Shown in pieces: positions 31,213 through 36,824 of a stretch of 36,824 nt of DNA. The stretch's first letter is position 1; every line of letters begins with the position of its first letter. The stretch comes from Nitrospiraceae bacterium (GTDB lineage: Bacteria; Hydrogenedentota; Hydrogenedentia; Hydrogenedentales; SLHB01): contig JAACEL010000007.1 of assembly GCA_011682535.1 (NCBI GenBank), positions 1 through 36,824 of the forward strand, in the 5' to 3' direction. A program made the position numbers and the translations under genes. Under the pieces are notes generated by a model. The model did not search any database, was not told the DNA's origin, and saw only the letters and a program-made list of their open reading frames with translations.

Positions 31213-33228
31213 TCATTCCTTTGGCGCCGGGAGCCATTGCACGGCATCGGCGATCACGCTGCCGTCGGTATTTGCGTTTCCGATCTCGACGTAGCCATCG
31301 CCCCCCGCGGCCATACGAAACACGCCGACGCTCACGAAAGGCGCATGGTTGCCTGTGTACTTGCGCTGATTGAGCGTCACTTCCTTCACACCATCCGATG
31401 TGTGGATGCGGACGGGCGTGTTGGTGGCGCGGTTCGGGTGGGCCGAGTAAGAAACACGCACTTCGTACTGACCCGCCTTGGGCAACTCGGGCACGAACCG
31501 CACCCGCCGCTCGCCCTTTCCCGCGTCATGATCGTGGAGGTAGTCCATCCCCACGTAGGGCCCCACCGAGATCGAGGGCGTCCACGCTCCCACGACAACC
31601 GCCTTGTCGTTGTCGACGACGACTCCCTCCAGTTTCCGAATGTCGACATGCGGCGCCGCGGCGTCTTCGAGCGACAGCACCTGGCGCTGCTCGCGCAGTC
31701 GTGCGCGCAACGTCTCGACGTCTACCGCGTGCACCGGCACGTCACTCCCGATCGCAAGCGCGGCGGCAACACCGGCGGCCTGCCCCATGATCATGTACTG
31801 CGGCTCCATGCGGATCGACGAGTAGGCCACGTGCGAGGCCGATACGCAGCCCGTCACTAACAGGTTGGCGCATTCGGTGCGCTTGGGAACCAGGGCGCGG
31901 TAGGCGATCTCGTAGGGCTGCACCCCCACCTGCATGTCGCCCTCGTTGACGACGGCGGGCACGCCCTCGGGCCAACCTTCGACGTCCTCCGAGGGGATCC
32001 GTTGTACGTGATGCGAATCGGAGTTGTAGGAGCCCATCCCGATGGAGTCAGTCTTCGTGCGTTCCGTCTGCAGGTCTTTCTGACGCATCACGTACTCGCC
32101 CACCATCCGGCGCGCTTCGCGAATGTAGAGCTGGTGGGGCCAGTGGTCCGTATCGACAAACTCGTCCTTCGCAAGCCCCCACTCGTTCACTTCCTTCTGC
32201 AAGGCCTGCGGAACGCGGGGGGCATGGGCGAGGAAGTAGAAAAAGCCTTGTTGATACCGCCGGTGTTCGTCCCAGATCTCCGCACGCCGCGCGTAGTCCG
32301 CCTCCGGGTACTCCCAACTCCCCCCGATGTAGTCTGTCGAAATCGCACCATTATTGTTCGTATCCGTCTTGCCGTTAGGCATGGGAGACGGATTGCACAG
32401 TTCCCCAAGCGTCAATGCCGGCATCTTGGCCAAGTATCGCGCCAGCAGAACGTAGCGTTCTGGATCGTACCCCTCGGGCCGCGGCCACGGCACCCGGTTC
32501 TCCGTACGCTTGGTCATGCACAGCCGGAAGTTGTAGGCCTGTACTTTGCGGTCGCCCTCGCCGGGACGCCCCGGATCGCCGTCGTACACGAGCGGGAGCA
32601 ACTTGCCGTCGTCGCCGTAGGGCGACACCGGGCAGGCGAATTGATGCTTGGGACTGTGCGCAATCCGGCCGGCCAGCGACTCGCCGTACACGTCCCGGCC
32701 TTCGCGCCCCCAGGTGTACGAGATGCCCGCGCGCGGCAAGAGGTCGCCCTCATACGATGCGTCGATGTAGATGCTTGCCGCGAAGGCCGTCCCGTTCTCC
32801 ATGCGAATAGAGCGGATGCGCAACCCTTCCTTCTCGACGCCGTCGACGCGGTGCCCGAAGTAGACCTCCACCCCCGCCTCGTCCAACCACGCGCGAAAGA
32901 TTTCCTCGGCGACATGCGGCTCGAAGAACCAGGACACGTCTTCGCCGTAGTGGTCGCCGGCGCGCTCGAAGAACTCCAGCGACATCCCGCCGATCACGCT
33001 CTTCTTGCCAAAGTCCGTACGCCCAAGGCCCCCCGAAACCATGCCGCCGACATGGCGGCCCGGTTCGAGGAGGGCGACTTGTAGGCCTTCGTTCGCCGCC
33101 GCGATGGCGCCCACGACGCCCCCGGCCGTGCCACCGTAGACGACGACGTCATACGTCCGCGGTTCCGCGGCCCCGGAAAAAACCGAAACCGACGCGAGCA
33201 ACAAACTCAACGCCGCTGTACGCATCAT
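31213..33228 (-). CDS. Secreted FAD-dependent oxidoreductase (FAD_oxidored-type) with C-terminal beta-sandwich/carbohydrate-binding-like domain
   Basis: ATG at 33228 overlaps the upstream stop (ATGA). Signal peptide MMRTAALSLLLASVSVFSGAAEP. Dinucleotide fold VVVYGGTAGGVVGAIAAANEG...LEPGRHVGGM. Confidence 0.85.
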   Translation of the reverse strand: MMRTAALSLLLASVSVFSGAAEPRTYDVVVYGGTAGGVVGAIAAANEGLQVALLEPGRHVGGMVSGGLGRTDFGKKSVIGGMSLEFFERAGDHYGEDVSWFFEPHVAEEIFRAWLDEAGVEVYFGHRVDGVEKEGLRIRSIRMENGTAFAASIYIDASYEGDLLPRAGISYTWGREGRDVYGESLAGRIAHSPKHQFACPVSPYGDDGKLLPLVYDGDPGRPGEGDRKVQAYNFRLCMTKRTENRVPWPRPEGYDPERYVLLARYLAKMPALTLGELCNPSPMPNGKTDTNNNGAISTDYIGGSWEYPEADYARRAEIWDEHRRYQQGFFYFLAHAPRVPQALQKEVNEWGLAKDEFVDTDHWPHQLYIREARRMVGEYVMRQKDLQTERTKTDSIGMGSYNSDSHHVQRIPSEDVEGWPEGVPAVVNEGDMQVGVQPYEIAYRALVPKRTECANLLVTGCVSASHVAYSSIRMEPQYMIMGQAAGVAAALAIGSDVPVHAVDVETLRARLREQRQVLSLEDAAAPHVDIRKLEGVVVDNDKAVVVGAWTPSISVGPYVGMDYLHDHDAGKGERRVRFVPELPKAGQYEVRVSYSAHPNRATNTPVRIHTSDGVKEVTLNQRKYTGNHAPFVSVGVFRMAAGGDGYVEIGNANTDGSVIADAVQWLPAPKE

Positions 33229-35015
33229 TTCGAATCCCCGTTTTCCGTTTTCTCGTCCACCCAATCCCCCGCGCACGCGTCGAAAACCCGGCTCTTATCT
33301 TGGACCGCTTCCATCAACACCGAACGCACCGCGGCGCCCAGCGTGCGCACGTCGCTGTTGCCCTCGATGCACTCTTTGGGCGACCACTCCTTGACGCGCA
33401 GCTCTACCCGTGCCTCCTTGGCCTCCATCGCGGGCAACACCCCACTCACCACGCCCTGCTCCTCGTTGAACGTCAGCTTAGCAACGCAGTAATCGCCCAT
33501 ATACAGGCCGTTGCCTTCCGCCGCCGCGTATGTCGGCACATAGATGTCCACACTGAGCGTGTAGGTCTTGTCCGGCAACACCGGCAGCACCAGAAACGCT
33601 TCCGGCCCCGACCAACGCTTGGTACCCTCTCCATCGGGCCACTCGCCCGCGGCTTCCCCGGCGTGCCAACCTTCCAGATAGGGACTGTCGCCGTCGCTGC
33701 CCACGTCGATCCGATAGCGCGTGAGCGCCTCGCCGCTCCACTGCACCGGGCTGGTCTCGTTGAACGAGGCTTGCATGCGGGGTCCGGCGGCGTTGTCGAT
33801 GCGCATACCGCCCCGCGCCTGGTTTCCGATGATGATAGCCGACACGGCGCGCTCGCCCACGGCAACGTGTTTCTCACCCGCCGCGAAGGTGTTGCCCTGT
33901 ACGATCACACGTCCCGCATCGATCTGTATGGCCGCGGAGCCCTTGCCGGCCACGTCCCAAGCGGCAAAATTGCAACCTATCGCCGTGAGTTGGGCGCTCG
34001 GACTCTTCAACCAAAGCGCGTGGTCCAGCGGACCCCAGAAAGAGCAGTTGTTCAGGCTCACCTTCCCCTTGGATACGGTGTCGATTTCGATGCCCACCGA
34101 GTCCTCGCTCCCCCAACGCCCCACGAATTCGCCGTTGGTAATCAGCAGTCCCGGCGACTGGCATTGTTCGACCAGTACCGGACGCCGGCAGGAGTCCGCG
34201 CCGATGCCCACGAAGTTGCCATTGCACGCGCCGTTGTCCGTCTCGGAGAACTTGTAGCCCACGCCGTAGCCAAAACAGAACGTGTTCAACACGTATTGCC
34301 AGTCGGTTCGCGCGAACTCGAAGGCGACGCCGTTGGTGTTGATCCACTTGCAGTAGGGATCGTCCTGCTTGTAGGCAACGCCGAACGGCCAAAAGTGGCA
34401 GTTTTCCACACGCCCCACGTCGTAACAAGCGTCCACATAGAGTCCGCGGAAACTCGGATATCCGTACACGTTCCGAACGAGGAAGCGTCCCACGCCCTGG
34501 AAGTGGATCGCTTCGTAGGGATTGACGAAGCAGCAGTCCAGCACGGAGGGGTTGTCGATGTGCTCCGCCAGCACCGTCGGCGGGTACGCCACCGGCGGCA
34601 CGTCGGTCTGCTTCCACTCGGGATACACGACAAGCAAACCGGCCACCGTGGCGTTGGACCCGGTCAAGCGCAGGAGGGGGTCGGCCGTCGCGTCGCCCCG
34701 GCCGCCGTAGGCCAGCAACACTGAACCGGCGAGTTGCGCCTTCGCCCCGACCGCGTTCGTCGGCGGGGCGCGGAACACGCCCTGCAGCGTGACCCCGGCC
34801 CCCACTTTCAGGCCGCCGTCGATGCGGAAGTGGCCCGTTGGCACAGATACCACGCCACCGCCGGCCGCCTCGGCCTTGTCCAGGGCCTGCTGAAAGGCCG
34901 CCGTGCAGTCGGCCTTTCCATCATTAAGCGCGCCTTCGTCCAGCACGTTCCACGCCGCACCCAACGCGACGGGGGCCAACACCAGCCACAAGCCCAGAGC
35001 ACCGAGTACGCGCAT
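33225..35015 (-). CDS. Secreted pectate-lyase-superfamily (Pectate_lyase_3-like) beta-helix protein with about 150-aa C-terminal extension; paralogue of 5483-6730
   Basis: I prefer the ATG at 35015 (AAGGAGAGG SD; MRVLGALGLWLVLAPVALGA signal). The alternative ATG is at 35036. Blocks shared with 5483-6730 include DGKADCTAAFQQALD, NPYEAIHFQG, VENCHFWPF, RTDWQYVLNTF and GIGADS. Confidence 0.85.
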   Translation of the reverse strand: MRVLGALGLWLVLAPVALGAAWNVLDEGALNDGKADCTAAFQQALDKAEAAGGGVVSVPTGHFRIDGGLKVGAGVTLQGVFRAPPTNAVGAKAQLAGSVLLAYGGRGDATADPLLRLTGSNATVAGLLVVYPEWKQTDVPPVAYPPTVLAEHIDNPSVLDCCFVNPYEAIHFQGVGRFLVRNVYGYPSFRGLYVDACYDVGRVENCHFWPFGVAYKQDDPYCKWINTNGVAFEFARTDWQYVLNTFCFGYGVGYKFSETDNGACNGNFVGIGADSCRRPVLVEQCQSPGLLITNGEFVGRWGSEDSVGIEIDTVSKGKVSLNNCSFWGPLDHALWLKSPSAQLTAIGCNFAAWDVAGKGSAAIQIDAGRVIVQGNTFAAGEKHVAVGERAVSAIIIGNQARGGMRIDNAAGPRMQASFNETSPVQWSGEALTRYRIDVGSDGDSPYLEGWHAGEAAGEWPDGEGTKRWSGPEAFLVLPVLPDKTYTLSVDIYVPTYAAAEGNGLYMGDYCVAKLTFNEEQGVVSGVLPAMEAKEARVELRVKEWSPKECIEGNSDVRTLGAAVRSVLMEAVQDKSRVFDACAGDWVDEKTENGDSK

Positions 35016-35045
35016 CAATCGCCTCTCCTTCCGCATGCCGTGCCG

Positions 35046-35777
35046 CTACTTCGAGTCGCTCCCAACCTTCTCCGCTTTCTTGCCGTAGATCCGGATGTCG
35101 TCGTACAGGCCGACATCGTCGAACGAGCCCAGACCGATCGTGCCGGACGCGAAGGTCTTGTCCTCGGCTACCATGATGGGCTTGTCCATGTCGTCGAAAA
35201 AGACCTCGATGCGACCGGTGACCGTGTCGCGTGTCAGGCGGACGTCGTGCCAGCCCGTGGCCCAGTCCGTGCCCTTCGTGCGTTCCGTGGCGATCGACGT
35301 GCGCGGTTCGCCATTCACGATGAAGATTGAATTGGCGTGAGCGTCGGATTTCGTGGCGATGTGGACATAGTAGTAGTGGCTCGGATCTTGGTGCCCGAAG
35401 AACAGGCACAGGTCGCGGTGGCCATACTCCTTGCCCGTCTGTTTCATGCGCAGGTCCATCACAAAATCCGTTACCGAGAAATCCTGGATCAGCGAGATGC
35501 TGAGCGGCGAGCGCACAGGCGGCTTGTAGTCGCTGCTCTTGTGCAGGTTGTAGGCCATGTTGCCGGTGTCTTCCTGCCGGCGCACCGCCCATGCCTGCGC
35601 ATCGGTGGGTTTCCAACGTGCCGCGCCGTCCTCGAACGACTCCTCGAAGATCAGCGGCAGACCATTGAGTTCTTTCGGCTTCGTGTCGCTTCCTTCGGCC
35701 CCCACGGCCACGCACGGCACTACGAACGTTCCCAACAACGCCGTCAGCGCAACCACGTTCAAGATTCCCCTTGACAT
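35046..35777 (-). CDS. DUF1080 (3-keto-disaccharide hydrolase family, LamG-like) secreted protein
   Basis: ATG at 35777 with GGAGG upstream and signal peptide MSRGILNVVALTALLGTFVVPCVAVGA. Family-typical W.P......W.V..., HRDLCLFFG, GWHDVRLT, and an ending SGTIGLGSFDDVGLYDDIRIYG. Confidence 0.85.
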   Translation of the reverse strand: MSRGILNVVALTALLGTFVVPCVAVGAEGSDTKPKELNGLPLIFEESFEDGAARWKPTDAQAWAVRRQEDTGNMAYNLHKSSDYKPPVRSPLSISLIQDFSVTDFVMDLRMKQTGKEYGHRDLCLFFGHQDPSHYYYVHIATKSDAHANSIFIVNGEPRTSIATERTKGTDWATGWHDVRLTRDTVTGRIEVFFDDMDKPIMVAEDKTFASGTIGLGSFDDVGLYDDIRIYGKKAEKVGSDSK

Positions 35778-35832
35778 AACCTTACCTCCTTGCTTACATC
35801 TGCGTCGCCCGTACTTCAACAGGCCCTGGTTG

Positions 35833-35861
35833 ATTCTAGCCTACGAGCCTCGCCGACTCAA
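35833..35861 (-). promoter_or_regulatory. Putative sigma70-type promoter TTGAGT-N17-TAGAAT for the DUF1080/beta-helix/FAD operon
   Basis: Minus strand: -35 at 35856-35861, 17-nt spacer, -10 at 35833-35838. It lies about 55 nt upstream of the ATG at 35777. Confidence 0.4.
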
Positions 35862-36005
35862 TGACGCTCGTGTTCTCCGAATCCGGATAACTTCGCTGTG
35901 GCGCACGGAGCAAGCTCAGCCTCGCTACCAACTCCAGAACGGCCTTCACCTGCTTGGTGACAGCGTAGCTGAGCGGAATGCAGGCCCTGGGCGGTACTTC
36001 GGGCA

Positions 36006-36021
36006 CGCCACAATACGCTAC
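36006..36021 (+). promoter_or_regulatory. Tandem direct repeat CGCCAC-AATA-CGCTAC (candidate operator), copy 3
   Basis: The 31-nt block CTTCGGGCACGCCACAATACGCTACCCGGCG differs at only 3 positions from the minus-strand block around copy 1 (CTTCAGGCGCGCCACAATACGCCACCCGGCG). Here it is in + orientation inside a 395-nt non-coding gap. Confidence 0.35.
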
Positions 36022-36172
36022 CCGGCGTCCGGGGATATTCGCGCTACGCAGTTGGAATATGAGGCAGGCATCCTGCCTGCCAACGCACAGGCTGAAAGCC
36101 TGCGTCACACTGCTTCGCGCTGGACAAACAGCCGGACGTCTTAGGGCTCGCGTTGGAAACAGTCGCCGCTAC

Positions 36173-36547
36173 TCAAGTCGGCTCCAGCGAAGCTACTTCT
36201 TGCTGCACGCGTCCTTTCTTGAGCGATGACAAGCCCGACGCGGCGAGGATGCCCCCGCCGACGAACGTGCCGAAGATGGGAAACGGAACGCCCACGACGA
36301 TTCCCGCGCAGACGCCTTTTAGCAAGCTCGCTCCCCAACTGCTCCGCCCCGCGTAACGCTGGCAGGCCGTAGTGGCGATGATGCCCGCAACGAAACCCAG
36401 GAGACACACCAGCGGAGTAGCCGCTCCGCCCGTCAGCACGTTACCCGAAAACAGAAGCCAGTCCAACCCAAGAATCGCCATCCCGGACGAGGGATGAAAG
36501 AAGGTGCGCTTCGGCAGAGGCGCGGACACATTCTGGTCGGTCGGCAT
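36173..36547 (-). CDS. Small Gly-rich integral membrane protein (hypothetical)
   Basis: ATG at 36547 with GGAG 6 nt upstream. The track start at 36577 is possible. Three hydrophobic Gly/Ala-rich segments are present (MAILGLDWLLFSGNVL, PLVCLLGFVAGIIATTA, GIVVGVPFPIFGTFVGGGILAA). Confidence 0.6.
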   Translation of the reverse strand: MPTDQNVSAPLPKRTFFHPSSGMAILGLDWLLFSGNVLTGGAATPLVCLLGFVAGIIATTACQRYAGRSSWGASLLKGVCAGIVVGVPFPIFGTFVGGGILAASGLSSLKKGRVQQEVASLEPT

Positions 36548-36678
36548 CGGATTCTCCGTAGTCAGGCACAGCATCAAGTATCCCCCACTCTAACGAATCG
36601 ACACACTGGCTACAAACCGATCCCGCGCAAAGGCGCTTCGCTCCTCCCTAGAGTGTCAATTGTGCTTGCACCCTCGTG

Positions 36679-36822
36679 TCATCTCGACCGCAGGGAGAGA
36701 TCTCGTCCTGCCTCAACGCTCTGCCCCGTCACCAAGAAGGCCAATGGCCCGCGGCAGAACTGGGCGAACGCGCGTTGCGTGCCCAGCATTTGCGCAGCAT
36801 GAATCCGGCTTGAGATCTCTCC
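36679..36822 (-). CDS. Possible 3' end of a CDS entering from beyond the right window edge (47 codons + TGA)
   Basis: Not in the ORF track because it has no start in the window. The minus-strand frame reads ...IHAAQMLGTQRAFAQFCRGPLAFLVTGQSVEAGRDLSLRSR* with the stop at 36679-36681. By hand count 33 of 47 third positions are G/C, higher than the alternative frame I counted (19 of 36). Confidence 0.3.
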   Translation of the reverse strand, partial: GEISSRIHAAQMLGTQRAFAQFCRGPLAFLVTGQSVEAGRDLSLRSR

Positions 36823-36824
36823 CT
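36692..36824. repeat. 13-bp perfect inverted repeat AGGGAGAGATCTC ... GAGATCTCTCCCT
   Basis: Arms at 36692-36704 and 36812-36824. The right arm ends exactly at the window edge. Each arm contains the palindrome GAGATCTC. Confidence 0.6.

Noticed and set aside
1-36824. Search by eye for CRISPR arrays, tRNA or rRNA genes, transposases or IS ends, prophage genes, toxin-antitoxin pairs and restriction-modification genes.
   Set aside because: I saw no regularly spaced repeats, cloverleaf-like segments, DDE or tyrosine-recombinase signatures, or methyltransferase motifs. This is a visual scan only. tRNAscan, Infernal and a repeat finder would be needed to be certain.

Overview
High-GC bacterial chromosomal segment. 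Hand-counted 60-nt lines give about 62-68% GC over most of the window. I found no rRNA, tRNA, CRISPR array, transposase, integrase or phage gene by eye. Gene content suggests a glycan-degrading heterotroph of the Planctomycetota/Verrucomicrobiota type, which is inference from content only. The supporting genes are a Tat-signal BNR sialidase-like protein, several secreted right-handed beta-helix proteins and an SGNH esterase. There are also a Tat-signal Gfo/Idh/MocA oxidoreductase, a DUF1080 protein, two sulfatase-family enzymes and an FAD oxidoreductase. I support about 25 CDSs. Two of them (at the window edges) are missing from the ORF track, and one (22520-23167) is hidden inside an over-extended ORF. 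Many long ORFs in the track are antisense shadow ORFs of the kind expected in GC-rich DNA, and I rejected them. Three things stand out. (1) A translationally coupled four-gene minus-strand module at 22520-29195. It encodes a STAND/AAA-like ATPase, an ATPase-GAF-PAS-GAF-histidine kinase fusion, a receiver protein with no DNA-binding output, and an orphan 215-aa protein. This is the best candidate for an undescribed signalling or defence-like system. (2) A GC trough at about 15.9-22.45 kb. It carries a YfhO-like GT-C membrane protein, a second polytopic membrane protein with a GT-C-like FDE..HF loop motif, and a sulfatase-fold enzyme whose Cys-x-P-x-R site is replaced by an NPP-like T-I-P-T-H. 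(3) A 16-nt tandem direct-repeat motif (CGCCAC-AATA-CGCCAC type) present in three intergenic regions, two of them just upstream of near-consensus sigma70-like promoters. All functional calls come from motif recognition by eye. No database search was run.
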